Part shown: positions 39,346-54,108 of the stretch, piece by piece | How positions within the stretch are numbered: the stretch's first letter is position 1 | Layout: the number at the start of each line of letters is the position of its first letter | NCBI GenBank assembly: GCA_951406725.2 | Contig: OX597834.1 | Location: 20,460,001-20,524,000, forward strand | Reading direction: 5' to 3' | DNA from: Octopus vulgaris | Taxonomy: Eukaryota | Length of the DNA stretch: 64,000 bases | Made by a program: the position numbers and the translations under genes | The notes under the pieces: model-generated | What the model saw: only the letters and a program-made list of their open reading frames with translations | Database searches by the model: none | Told to the model about the DNA's origin: nothing

Positions 39346-40181
39346 ATAATAATGATAATAATAATACTAACAGTAATAATGATAATAATAATAATACTAA
39401 CAGTAATAATGATAATAATAATAATGATAATAATACTAATAATGAGGAAAAATACGACATAATGACACTGATTCTTCATATGAATTACACTGAGAGCTAA
39501 AGGAATTATCTCTTGAAATTCATCTGGGCACAATTCATTTCTAAAACATATTCCTGTCACATCTTTCTTTACAATTTTTCCGTTTTGTCTTTTTTTGTAC
39601 TTTGTTTCAGTTTTTTATTTTTTATATTTGATTTTCTTAAGATTTTGCTTTTTTTGCTTTCAGTGAGCTCTATCAATTGTTATGATAAAAATAAATTGCA
39701 CTTTATTATCATATATATACGTATATATGCATGTATGTGTGTGTATATATGTGGGGTGTGCATATACAAATATTCCAAATATTATATACCAAAGTATATC
39801 AATGATACATGTATGTATGTATGTATGTATGTATATATATATCTATATACATATATATATGTATGTATATATGTATGTATGTATGTATATATATATTATA
39901 TATATGTATATATATATATATTTATTTATTTATTTATATATATCTATGTATATATATTTATGTAAAAAGTAAAAGAATCAAAAGGAAGGGTAAGTACGGT
40001 TAGGCAGCTTTTATGTGTGTGTGTATGCGTGTGTGTCTATATATATGTGTGTGTGTGTGTATATATATATGTATATATACATATATTAATATATGTATAT
40101 ACATACATATATACATATATGTATATATATACACATATATATGTGCATATATATATGTATATATATATATATGTGTATATA

Positions 40182-40224
<43 letters not shown>

Positions 40225-40565
40225 ATATATATATGTAAATATATATATATATATGTATATATATGTGCATATATATATGTAAATATATATATATGTATGT
40301 ATGTGTAAAATATGTGTACATATGAAACATGTGTATGTCTTATATATCATGCATACATTTATATCACATATTATACGGTGTGTAAACATACCTGTGCATA
40401 TAGATAGAATGAAAACAAATCATGCACGACAAATATGGCCTCAGAGATGCACACAAACACATTCAAACATGCATGTGTATGTGTATGTGTTTGTGTATAT
40501 GTATGTATTGATGCACATATGCATTTATCCATAAATTATGCATGTATAACGTATATGTATTGATG

Positions 40566-40601
<36 letters not shown>

Positions 40602-40884
40602 CATGCATTATATATACACATGCATTACACAAACACCTATACACAAAACACACACACATACATTATGTCTAACCAAATATTATGTGTGTGCTTGTGTATG
40701 CATGGATATGTATGTCTGTGTGTGTGTATGCAAATATATATATATAGATAAAGATCAATAGACATTCGTATATATCGATTACCTAGATTAATATATATAC
40801 ATTATATATATATATACACACATTATATTTACATATACATTATATATATATATACACATTATATTTATATATACACATTATATT

Positions 40885-40975
<91 letters not shown>

Positions 40976-41329
40976 GCATATGTATATGTATATATATGAA
41001 TATCATCTTAGTCATTTTTCCATCTTTATCTTTGGCCCTTATAGTTCATTCCCCACTGTCTTTTTCCATTGACATCTTCTGATTTCTAATTCACAACACA
41101 TCTGCAAACATCCAATTTATTCATGACACAAATCTATTCTAAACATTTGAATTTTCCATTCACCTCCGATGCCCAACCATTTTGCTTCTCTTTTTCATAT
41201 TTATATTTTCTCTGAGATCTAATTAAGAGCAGGACAGAGCCCCAGATTTAATATACATAACTAGATACATATATACATTCATCCACACACACACACACAT
41301 ACAAACACATTTCTATACACATATACATA

Positions 41330-41373
<44 letters not shown>

Positions 41374-43357
41374 TATACTTCTGTATATTCACACAACATA
41401 TACATATATATGTGTGTATACAGAGTGAGAAAGTGGGTGATAGAAATTTGCATTATACACACACACACACACATACACACACACAGATACATTGATATTT
41501 ATATATATATATATATATATTTTTTTTTGTATGTATATATTTACATTTGTATTTGGGTGTGTGTATATATGTGTATATATACACACACATACAATATATG
41601 TGTTCATGTATATATATATATATACAAAAATATATATATATCGGAAAGCGGATGTTAAACGATATATATATATTTTTTGTATGTATATATATTTATATTT
41701 GTATTTGTGTGTGTGTATATGTATATATGTATATATAATGCAGGTATGTATTTCACGTGTTGACCTTATTTAAACTTGCCAGTTATACAAAGCTGTCTTT
41801 TCCAGCTAAATGCTAAATTTGTTGAGTTTTACTCAATCAAATCATTAATAATTCTCAAGTCTCTGAAATGGTTTACCACCCATCTCCGTATTTTCATTAC
41901 TGACAGTTCACTGAAGATGCTTGCAAAAATAATCTTGATCTGCAAACTATTTATACACACACACACACAACTATGTCTTTTGACACAGACATAAAGGGTT
42001 AACTTAGCTCTCAGTTATAGAAATTTAGTGGATTTGATTTGTATTTTTGCAGTTTGTTATTTTGCTTTTTGGATATCTCTGTGTGTATTTGTATATATTT
42101 GTCCCTTTAGATGTATTATGTATGTTATCATATTTTTGTGCCATTCTTTCTATCTTTATGTATACACTTTATTTGTATATTAAAAAGCAACCAGTGGTTT
42201 CAAGTATAAAAGATCTCTACGATTTTCCAGCTATCTGCTTGGGAATGCTGTCACAATCAACTCCAAAATAATGGAAATGTTTTCGATATGAAGTTATTGA
42301 TTGCTTTGTTATGGTTGAAATTCTGTTCAACACGTTGTGTTGCATCCATTCTGCAGTCTGGATTTTATCAGGTACATCCATACATAAAGTGGTGCCTCTC
42401 TAAAGTTCCTCAGTTTTGGCTGCCATGTTGTTATATGCCTGTCTGGTTAGGGAATGAAAGCTATCTCCATCTTTTAACTTTCTGTAAATTTTATGTATGT
42501 ATGTATGTATGCATGAATAAAAATGTATATAATACTGTAAAAAACCGTCAACCATTAATGAAAAGAAAACTCAATATAGAATAGAAGTCAAAGGAGACTT
42601 TGGGATTTGAACTCAGAATTTGAACGAAATATTACAAGGCATATACTCTCTCCTCCCTATTTCACCATCACCACCACCACCACCCTCTATAACTGTTGTT
42701 TTTGTTGTTATTGCAATTACAATACTGGTTTCCAACGTTGCTATTTAATATAAATATATAATTAATATTCAGGATATTTTTTTCATCCTTCATTCGTAAA
42801 TTATACACTCTGAATCTTGTGGGGGTTGAGTGGGGAGGGGGTTAATTAACTGTTTTGCGACTTCATCCAATTAGTTGTGGAAATACATCTGAAGATTATC
42901 TAAACCTAGTGATTGTCCTTATCTTGTCATTTGACAGCAGCTTCCTTCATCTTTGCTTCTGTTTCACTCTTTCACCCTTTTGATAAATGGAGTTCTGAAA
43001 GAGAAAAAAAAAATCATAATTAATAGATAAACTGATAGAGGAAAATTATGAATATGATATAATAAATACCTTAATTTTGTTAGTCATCGTCCCATTCAAC
43101 CATCTACCCATTCATTCACCCATTTGTCCATCTCTTTAGCCATCCACCTAGCCACCCATCTATATTTTCATATATCCATAGATGCAACAAGAAAACCAGC
43201 CAGGCAGCCCTTCATCCATCCAACCAGTCAGCCAGACATTCATTCACTGATGTGTTGTTTCTCCACTTAATTCTCCAATTATCTATCTATCTATCTATCT
43301 TATTTATCTATCTATCTATCTATCTATCTGTCTATCTATCTACCTATCTATTTATCC

Positions 43358-43394
<37 letters not shown>

Positions 43395-43412
43395 ACTATT
43401 TATCTATCTATC

Positions 43413-43465
<53 letters not shown>

Positions 43466-43614
43466 CTTTTTGCTTACTTGCCTATCTATCCATCTATCTA
43501 TTTATTTAACTATCCATTTATCTGTCTGATTATCTGTCCATCCTTCCATCAATCCATCCATCCATCTCGCTGTCTGTCTATCACTCTAGCTCTCTGTTTG
43601 TCCGTCTCAAAGAA

Positions 43615-43888
43615 ATCGACCTCAGGACTTATGTATAAGCCCAGTACTTATTCTATCAGTATCTTTTGCTGAACTGCTAAGTTATAGAGATGTAAACACA
43701 CAGTATATGCATATGTATATATACAATGGGCTTGTTTTCAGTTTCCATCTACCAAATCCCTCACAAGGATTTGGTTAGTCCGAGGTTATAGTAGAAGACA
43801 CTTGCCCAAGGTGCCATGCAGACAGACTGAACCCAGAACCATGTGGTTGGGAAGCAAGCTTCTTACCACACAGCCACTCCTGCCCCTA
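43615..43888 (-). mobile_element. SINE family A
   Basis: Family motifs. Confidence 0.85.
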
Positions 43889-43907
43889 TGATATATATAT
43901 ACATATA

Positions 43908-44082
43908 TACTACACTCACGGAGTGGTTGGCGTTAGGAAGGGCATCCAGCTGTAGAAACATTGCCAAATTTAGACTGGAGCCTGGTGCAGCCTTCTGGCT
44001 TCCCAGAACCCCGGTCGAACCGTCCAACCCATGCTAGCATGGAGAACGGACGTTAAACGACGATGATGATGATGATGACGAT
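43908..44082 (+). mobile_element. 5'-truncated RTE tail in (TA)n
   Basis: TACTACACTCACGGAGTGGTTGGCGTTAGGAAGGGCATCC...GGACGTTAAACGACGATGATGAT; TA on both sides. Confidence 0.92.
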
Positions 44083-44309
44083 ATATATATATATCTAATG
44101 TAGGATAAAATTTTTTCGAAAAAAAAATTTTATCAATGGCCACCATATTAAAAAATACCTTTAAAGGATAAATTTATAAATAACTTATAAAATAAGGGCA
44201 AAAGAAAAATTCTAATGCCAAATATGCCGAAAATAGACAAATTGTCAATAACCATTATAATTTATGCATCTCGAAACAAGCCGAGAGAAATTTCTAAAAA
44301 ATTCTGTTA

Positions 44310-44370
44310 TTACTGTATTGGTCCCAATTTCAGAGTTAATTCATAAGAATTTTCTCTTCCTCAGCGATAA
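44310..44370 (-). ncRNA. Type I hammerhead ribozyme motif with fully canonical core (family H5 element, about 44095-44420)
   Basis: UUAUCG-CUGAGGA-AGAG(aaaauuc uuau gaauu aa)CUCU-GAAA-UUG ggac CAA-UA-CAGUAA. Confidence 0.75.
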
Positions 44371-45704
44371 ATACGTAAGTCATAAATGAAATACTCATAC
44401 CCATGGAAAAAGTAAGCAAGTTAAATATATATATATATATATGTGTGTGTGTATACATGCACCATCCGTCCTCCTTGGGTTTACAGACTTGCGAGGTACA
44501 TGGTTACCTCAGTCATGCCAGTGTCATGAAAAACAGCACCCAGTCTACAATACAAATATATACATTTCTCTTTTTCTTATTTTTTCTGCATCCTTCTCTC
44601 TCTATCTCTCTCTCCCCCCTCTGTCATTCCTTTCCCGTCTCCCTCCCTCCTGCTCATTAAATATCATTGGTAAACGACCCTTAATTAAAACCTTCCACTG
44701 TGGTTAAATTATGAGGGAGTCTTTCAACTTCATTGAGAATCTTTCAATCCTCCGATTACGTTTCCTTTTTTACTTTTCGTTTCAATATTGTTCGTTGCTA
44801 ATTTCTCCCCTTTTGTTCTCTGTTGCTAACAGCTTTTTCTTTTCCTTTTCTTTCTTTAACCTTTCCTTTTCTTTTTCTTCTTCTTCTTGATCCATCATTG
44901 CTTCTGTTTCTTTTTCACTCTTTTTGTTTTCTTTCATATTTTGCTAATTTCTTTTTGTCATTTTAATTTTCTTTTTTTTTTTTAATGCAAATTGTGTTGC
45001 AATTTTTCAAATCTTTTTTTTTTATCATATTTGTTTTATCCTCTTCTTTCCTCCCTCTCACTATCTCTCCTCCTCCTTGGTTTGTCTGTCTGCCTTTTCC
45101 TGTTTTCTCTCTATTCCTCTCTCTCTTTTTCTTTTTCTATCTTCCTATTCCTCTCTCTGCCTCTCCTTTCCTCCCCCTCTCTCCCTCTTTCTCTATCTCT
45201 GTTTCTCTCTCTGTCTCCCTTCTCTCTCTATCTTGCTCTCTCTTTCTCTCTGCTTCTCCTACTTTGTCTTCCTCTCTCTTTCTCTCCCTCTATCATCCTC
45301 TCTCTGCTATATCTAGTATCTCTCTCTCTCTCTCTCTCTCCCTCTCCCCACAAAAGCTACTGTTTCCTGCTTCACTAAAAGCAACCCCACCTCACCCCCA
45401 GCATTTTTTCTATTCCTCATTCCTTCTGATCAATCTTTGATCCAAGTAATCAATCGACCATTTATCCTATTTTTAACCATCAACCTAATCATTCTAAAGA
45501 GAATTTTCTCTTCAAACTTCTTCTCTCTGGATTTTTTTTATTTTCACTTTTCTGGGATTTATTTTTAGAATTTTTCTTCTTTTCCCTTTTTTTTTCTTTT
45601 TTGAAAAAAAAAATCACAGAAAATTTTTGAACTGAATTTTCTGTTGTCAATTTTTTTCAAAATATTTTTATTTAGTAAAAAGAAATATTATGATATGTCT
45701 GCTG

Positions 45705-46265
45705 GCACCACCACCATCTCCACCATCACTATGGCGGCCCAGCTTCACAACTATCTCTGCCATCAGTATCATCGTTAGCATCACTATGGTTACCAGTGCC
45801 ACCACCACCATCACCATTATTTTGACAACCAGCTTCACAACTGCCATCAACACCCATGACTACCACCGGTACCAGTGGTACTGCCACTGGTATCACCAGC
45901 AGGGCCATCACCGACATCACCTCCAGCATCATCTGTATCATCACCAGCACCATCACCATCATCACCAATATCACTAGCAGCAGCAGCAGCAGCATCAACA
46001 TCACCAACAGCATCAGTATTGCAACCATCACCACTGCCACTACTATCACCAACACCACTACCACCAACACCACCACTACCACTACCACCACCACCATCAC
46101 TAATACTACCACAACCATCACGAACACCACCACCACTGTCACCATCACCACCACCATCACCAATACCACAAGCACCACCTCACCACCTCCAACCTCTTAC
46201 CAGCACAACCACCATAACAACCACTGCCCCGTCATGACTGCCATGACCACCACAACTGCCATCAA
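45705..46265. repeat. Cryptic (CAC/CAT)n field (Thr-rich pseudo-ORF)
   Basis: Degenerate ACC/ATC triplets. Confidence 0.85.
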
Positions 46266-46589
46266 CTCTGCTAAAAATCCAAATCAGAATGAAGTGGGAT
46301 GGTTGCACCAGAAAAATGATGAAGTTATTGTTAAAGCGAAATGTAATTGCCCAAGCTGGAGCAGACAGGGTAGGGTACTGGTGGGGGGAGGATAATTAAT
46401 TTGTTTGGGGGGAACTAATTAAGAATGAAATCCTGAAGCCATTTGCGTTTTCATTTGCGGTCTTTTTTTTTTAAATTAAGAAGAAAAAAAAATGAAAAGA
46501 AATAATATTGTTAATAAGCAGAAGCAGTAAAAATAATAATTGGCAGCGGAGTGGGGGGTGGGGGTAAAATATGGATCTTCATGGTGCTG

Positions 46590-47260
46590 ACGATGATGAT
46601 GATGAGGAGAGTAACAGTGATTATGTTGGTGATGATGATGATGATGATGATGATGAACATGATGATCATGATGATCATGATGATCATGATGGATGAGGAT
46701 GATGACGAGGAGGAGAAGGAGGGTAACAGAGATTATGTTGGTGATGATGATGATGATGATGGATGATGATGATGAGGAGGAGGGTAACAGTGATTATGTT
46801 GGTGATGATGATGAGGAACATGATGATGATGGATGAGGATGAGGATGATGATGGGGAGGAGGAGGGTAATAGTGATTATGTTGGTGATGATGATGAGGAA
46901 CATGATGTTGATGATGGATGAGGATGATGATGATGAGGAGGAGGAGGGTAATAGTGATGATGTTGGTGATGATGAACATGGCAATGATGATGATGATGGT
47001 AATGCTGATGATCATGACGATGGCAATGATGTTGGTGATGATGATGATGATGGTAATGATGATGATGATGGGTGATGATGATGGTGGTTATGATGATGAT
47101 CATGACAATGGCAATGATGATGATAGTGGTGGTTTTGACGATGATGATAAATGATGATGATAATGACATAAATGAGGACTATGATGGTGATGATGATGTA
47201 AACGATGACGACAAAGACAGCAATGATGACAATGGCAATGGTGGCTATGATGATGACAAA
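46590..47260. repeat. (GAT)n field with ~60-75-bp higher-order unit GAGGAGGGTAA(C/T)AGTGATTATGTTGGTGATG
   Basis: Unit recurs near 46605, 46715, 46775, 46858 and 46940. Confidence 0.85.
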
Positions 47261-48171
47261 GAAACTGAACTCTAATTAATGTCGATAATCCAAGAAACAA
47301 GTCATACTCGTAAAATAAAGATTATCTTTAGCAGAAATATTTCACGCCACCCGTTCATTAAAACGGGAAAAAACCCCAAAAAAAACAAGAAGACAAACGG
47401 CAGCTGCCTTTTTTTCAGCTCGTTACTTAACGGTCAATATTTTAACGGGCATACGGCACATAATTACAAATGATAATGACGATCCATTGTCCGTTTGAAG
47501 ATTAACAACATCAAGGATAATTCCTGTAACTTCCTGAAATTGGCAGGAACGGTGTGTGGGTGGGGGGAAATCGAAACAGAAATACAGAAAGAAAGAAAGA
47601 ACCCACCTTATACCCCGCAAAAATAAAAAAAAATAGGGATGGCCAAAAAATGAGGTGGGGAGAAGGGAGACTTTGGTGGAAAGGGAATGAAAGTGAAAGT
47701 AGAGAGAGATGATGGAGTTATTTCTATTCAAAGAATCGGTTATTAATGGAATAAACAGATGGTTGGTATCTGGAAGTTGTGATTTTAGTCACAGAATATC
47801 GGATCCTCCTTCTTTAATTACTACTCCCACTACTACTCCTATTACACACACACACACACGCACACACACATGCAGTTAACAGATGTGCAGTAATACACAA
47901 CTTTATACATCTGTTTATATGCATATACTTGTAGGCACACACAGATAATATGCACATGAAGTAATGTACAGATATATGCATATATGCATTATCAAATTGC
48001 ACCTGTGGACACATACACACATGTGCAGTAATCTACATATACATGAGTTGCACCCATCGACTCACACATGCACATATACCTTTGATATACACATATGCCT
48101 TTGAACACATGCATGAACATACATACACATACATAACTAATGCACATTTGCAGAAATTTATAGTCATATGC

Positions 48172-48207
<36 letters not shown>

Positions 48208-48487
48208 ATGTGTCTGTATGTGGGTGTGTGTATAAATATATGTTTATATAGTTAAATGCTCACATGAATATATATACACACATACAAATATGTATGCATT
48301 GCACGTGCAAACACACACTGACATATATATGTAAGAACAGACACAGACATACATATGGACAAACACCTACATATATATACAGAATATAATAATGTACACA
48401 TGCATACACACACATCTGAACTGATAATTGTAAGCATTCTTGAATACATGCGTACATACATACATATATATACATATATACACACTC

Positions 48488-48518
<31 letters not shown>

Positions 48519-48525
48519 TATATAA

Positions 48526-48575
<50 letters not shown>

Positions 48576-48659
48576 TACATACATACATATATATATATAT
48601 ATATGTGTGTATCTAATGAAGTAAAGTTGTAAGATACTGCACAAGTTGAAATATATTTG

Positions 48660-48860
48660 AAAGAAGGTTTGAAAACGCAATTTTAAAGATCTTTATTCAC
48701 TTGACCGGTTTCACTTTTTAGAAAAAGATTGTCAAAAGTAAAATGTAAAGCTTTGTATAAGCTTTGTTGTGTTAAGTACTGGTGACAATCTTTTTCTAAA
48801 AAAAGTGAAACCGGTCAAGTGAATAAACATCTTTAAAATTGCATTTTCAAACCTTCTTAA
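48660..48860. mobile_element. Fold-back element (family H6); arms about 48661-48735 and 48783-48859, each with GAAACCGGTC
   Basis: Inverted arms directly visible; hammerhead-like motif on the minus strand at 48698-48740. Confidence 0.75.
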
Positions 48861-49038
48861 CAACCGAGATGCTGGTGTGTTTACGTCCCCGTAACTTAGC
48901 AGTTTGGCAAAAGACTGATAGAATAAGTACTAGGCTTACAAAGTATAAGTCCTGGGGTTGATTTGCTCGACTAAAGGCGGTGGGTGATCCAGCATGGCCA
49001 CAGTCAAATGACTGAAACAGATAAAAGAGTAAAAGAGT
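48861..49038 (+). mobile_element. SINE family A 3' half
   Basis: CAACCGA...GCTGGTGTGTTTACGTCCCCG...AAAAGAGTAAAAGAGT. Confidence 0.88.
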
Positions 49039-49039
49039 A

Positions 49040-49232
49040 TATATTGACAGCTAAATCCACAAGTTTTTCTTTCTTTTCTCTGTTTATTTCCTCATGTTCC
49101 TTTCTGTTGAAGAGCATAGGCTCGAAATGTAAAAGACCTTCTCACCTTCCCGAGCACCAAACTAATACACCTGCTTGTTGTTTATACACCTGTCTTCATC
49201 GTTTGTTGTTCTGTAAATCTCAACTATATATA
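49040..49232 (+). mobile_element. H2-like short element with hammerhead-like motif at 49100-49135
   Basis: CUUU-CUGUUGA-A-GAGC auag GCUC-GAAA-UGUA-AAAG; TA-rich flanks. Confidence 0.6.
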
Positions 49233-49569
49233 CATATATCTGTTTGTGTGTGTGTGTATGTATGTATATATAACCAGAAATGGCTCTGACAAAAGTAGCA
49301 TTAATTATTTTACGTCTTTAAAATTTTCTCAACTGATCAACAGACCACTTGAGTAAACTTATCAGTAATATACCTATAATGATACTGGAAACAGCTGTAC
49401 GCCAAATTTACTCTAATAAAAGAAAAAATATGCAATAACCATTATCTAGACCTTCATATATATACATATATAATTATTATTTGAGAGAATAAAATCCAAG
49501 CTTACAAGGAAAAAAACTCAATTTAGAAATACTAAATCAAATTTCACACAATATAATATATTTATAAAA

Positions 49570-49808
49570 AATTAGAAAAAAACCACCTTTTATCAATTCA
49601 AAATGAACAATTAAATTACACCATCTAGAAAATTATATATAATAGAAAAATTAAAATTAAAATAACAATAAAATATCAAAGATTAAGTAAATTGTAAAAA
49701 ATAATAGTAATAACGTTTTAATTTTAATTTTTCTATTATATGTAATTTTCTAGATGGTGTAATTTAATTGTTCATTTTGAATTGATAAAAGGTGGTTTTT
49801 TTCTAATT
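49570..49808. repeat. Inverted repeat (about 92-bp arms, 54-bp spacer) at the end of an AT-rich element
   Basis: 49570-49661 is the reverse complement of 49716-49808; (TA)n follows. Confidence 0.9.
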
Positions 49809-50946
49809 ATATATATATATATATATTGATCACTGGCATATTTTTCTGTAAAAGTGTGTGAATCAGTTTGCACTGGTTGTAGTGGTTGTGGTGGTGGTGA
49901 TGGTGGTGATGGGTGTGGTGCTGGCGGGGGTGGTAGTAGTGGTATTATTGTCAGTAAAATTATCCTGCCATAACAACTGGCCTTCCTCAAAAATGACAGT
50001 TCTAGCCATTTCAGAATAATTTAACAATTTCCGCATCCGGCTCCATTGATACAAGCGAGGAGCATGGGTCTCTGATTCCCTCCACACGCCCCCTCCACCC
50101 TCGCCGCCATCGACTCCGTTCTCTAACACCCACCCACCCAACTGTCCCTCTCATTAACTAAACAAGAAAACAAAGGAAAAAAAACAAGATATATAACAAA
50201 GCTAAAAACAAACAAATATGGTGTTGCTTCTTCATAGCAACCATTTAACATCCTTCTTCGGATATTTTTAGGTCTTTAGTAAGGAACTGCATAGGGATGG
50301 GAGTAGGGGCAGTGACTGGGAGGTTGTCATGGGTGATGATGTTCATGGTGGTGGTGGTGGTGGTGGGGGCTGTAGTGACGTGGTGCTGCTATTTCTTGGA
50401 GGTCAAGCTACCACGTGGAGACTCATTGGCCCCTGTTGGTAACAGTCGTTGCTGGTCTTAGTAATGGTAAGGGTGATGGGGTAGGAGTGGTGGTGCTAGT
50501 GGTGGTGGCGTCAGTGGTTGTGGCCTTAGTGGTGATGGTGTTGTTTTTGTGGCAGTTATTGTTGTTGTTGTTGTTACTGGTGGCTTCATTGATGGTGGTA
50601 TCATTGTTGATGTTGGTTGTGTTGTTATTGTTGGCATTGCTGTTGGTGGTTTCATTGCAGGTGGTTTACTTGTTGTTGGTGGTGGTGGTGGTCATGGTCG
50701 TATCTTGCTGTTATTTCTTGCAGGTTAAGCCATCATGTAAACTCATTGTGGGATTGAACCCAGAAATATGTCATTGGGAAGCAAGCTACTCACCACACAG
50801 CCACACTGGTTACAAAACTTCTGCTCATGGTGCCACACTATGGGATTGAAACTGCAGCCTTATGATGGCAAAACAAATTTCTTAACCATTAGCCCATTCT
50901 TGTTTCTTTTTATACTCATCAATTTCATTAGCAGAATCATTACAAC

Positions 50947-51002
<56 letters not shown>

Positions 51003-51740
51003 CTACTGCTTAAACAGTCTTTATCATCATCCTCACCATCTTCATGACTAAAATTGTCCTTACCATCATCATCATAGCATTGTCATCATCATCACTATCA
51101 TCACTATCATCAATTTATCCTCATCACCATCAGCACCACCACATAAATACACCTTGCTGGCGTTGTCATCATCATCATCATCATTATCATCATCACCTTC
51201 AGCATCGTCATCTTCATCACCTTCATTATAATCATCACCAGCATCATCATCAGCAGCTACATCATCATCAGCCTCATTATCATCATCATCACCACCACCA
51301 CCACCACCACCACCACCAAGTTATTACCTTCATTATCACTAGCAACATTATCACCATCACATCCACCACCACCACCACATCATCATCATCCTAATCACCA
51401 TGGCTACAAGAGCCGGCTTCCCCCCACCCCGCTCACCAAAGACCCCCACCCTCACAAACACCACCAACACCACTGTCATTAACAAGTCCTTAACCCTAAC
51501 TCCCCACCCGTCCCACACACACATACACCTCCCCTACCTTTATCCCCTAACCCCCACCTAATAATATCAGTGACTCATTCTCACTCCTGTCTTACTGTCT
51601 TAAACCCAGTTCAGCAGCTTAGAACAAATAGGGGTTGACTTAATAACTGTTCCCATTTGACAAGAAAGGGAGAGAGAGGCCCAGGACCTAATTACTTCAC
51701 ACACACACACATCCACATTCACACACATGCCACATAACAG

Positions 51741-51786
<46 letters not shown>

Positions 51787-53553
51787 ATATACCTGATAAC
51801 ATACATATAAATATATACATGTACACCCAACTATACATAAACATATATACGAATATGTATGTATATATATATATACACGCATATATATAAACATATATAT
51901 ATACCACATATATACACATATACACACCACATAGATATACACACTTATATAAGCACATATAAATATATATATATATATACCATATATATATATACACAAA
52001 TACATACCACATAGACATACACACATAAACACACACACACACATATATATATATACCACATATATATATATATACACACATATACACACCACATATAAAT
52101 ATGCACATATATAAACACATATATACTTCACATATACATACACAAATATATTTATGCATATCACATAAACATACATGCATATATATATATATATATATAC
52201 ACACATGTGCACACACACACATACATATATAAACATATATATATATATAATTACTGAAATATAAAGATATGTACACTTGCAGTCATGCATGCATAGGTGT
52301 ATACACACACACACACATACACACACACCTGCATAGAAAACATTCACAAGTGATTACTATCCTGTTATGAATGCATGTGCACACATACATATGCATGCAG
52401 AGAGGCTGGAAAACAAGCATACATACATGTATGTATATACGTATAGACAAACGCATGCATTTGCATCTGCAGAAACACAAGTGCATGTGTTGTTATATGT
52501 ATATGTATTTATGTGCATACACACACGCATGCTCACCCACACCCACACATATATATAACTATATATATATACCCATATGGATGTATTTGTGCATACATAC
52601 AGACTCATACATACATAAACAGATGCACTCACAGAAATACACGTATTCAGAGACATACTTGTAACTACACATACATTCAAGCATAAATACACATATGTAT
52701 ATGTACACATGCATATACATAGACACATACACTCACACATAGATGTATAAATGCACATATAACTACTCACATGCACACATGTATAAATGCATACTTATCT
52801 ACCTACACACACACATGCACAAATGCACAAACACACACACACACACACAAACACAGATGTAATGAAATGCACACACACACACATGCTCAGTAGCAAATAG
52901 ATACATGCACACAGGAACAGACAAACACACTCGATGGAATACACACATACACTGTAGCATACACACACACACACACACACACATGCACACAATCACATGT
53001 GGTGGGAAACATAGGCAGATGCAAGTTTGTAGCCACATGCACACACACACACACACAAACACATGCACACACGGAACCTCACAGATACACATTTGCAGTT
53101 ACAAGCACACATATACATACATACACACAGACACACACACACAGAACCTCACTAATACATATTTACAGTTACATAAACATGTATGCATACACACACACAC
53201 ACATACACAGAACCTCACAGATACACATTTGCAGTTACATGCACACATACACACACACCTACCCAGCAACCACACACATATTTGCTGTGCCTCGACACAC
53301 ACACACCTTCATACCCCTCACCCGATCTGCCAATTCCTGTGGAGTGGCAACAAGTCATAAGGACCCTAAAAATCCCCTGTCCCTCCTTAACCCTTATTCA
53401 CCACACATCATGTGTTTATTCAGTGTGAAATTGCATGAGGCAATGATGGGGTTAGTTAGGGCTCTACATAGTCATTGCTACATGCTAGAAACAGCAGCCA
53501 AAAATCTCCCTCAAATCACACCCTATTGTCTCACATAATTGAGAACAAACATC

Positions 53554-53584
<31 letters not shown>

Positions 53585-54001
53585 CTTTCTGCCACATTAT
53601 CATCATCATCATCATCATCAGCACCATCATCTTCATCATTATCATCATCACCTTCAGCCTCACCATCATCATCATCGTCATCATCACTTTGCAATTCATT
53701 ATCATCAGCCTCCTCATCGTCATCATCTTCAGCACCATAATCATCACACCACCACCACCACCACTACTAGCATATACAAATTGTTGAGAAGGTCATGGTT
53801 GTAGTGTCTTTCAACATGGGTCTGTTTTCCTCAGTTAGGGTCAACTTAGGTTTGATTAATTATCTTGAAATAAAATTGTAAGAACACATGAAGACGATTT
53901 GAGGCTTCATGTGGGCATGTGGCATACAAAAAATAGCAGCCAAATCTCACTCAAATCCCTGGATAATGATTTACAAGAAAGTAGCTCGAATACTTTTGAT
54001 C

Positions 54002-54044
<43 letters not shown>

Positions 54045-54108
54045 CAGTCAGAGTTAATCTGAGACAAAACAACTTTATCATCATCTTTTGAAATGAAAAG
54101 GAATAACT

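Noticed and set aside
45856-46395. Mucin-like Thr-rich 179-aa ORF
   Set aside because: Cryptic (ACC/ATC)n field open in several frames on both strands; identical fields occur elsewhere in the window.
51489-51555. TAACCC telomere-like motifs
   Set aside because: Only two or three scattered units.
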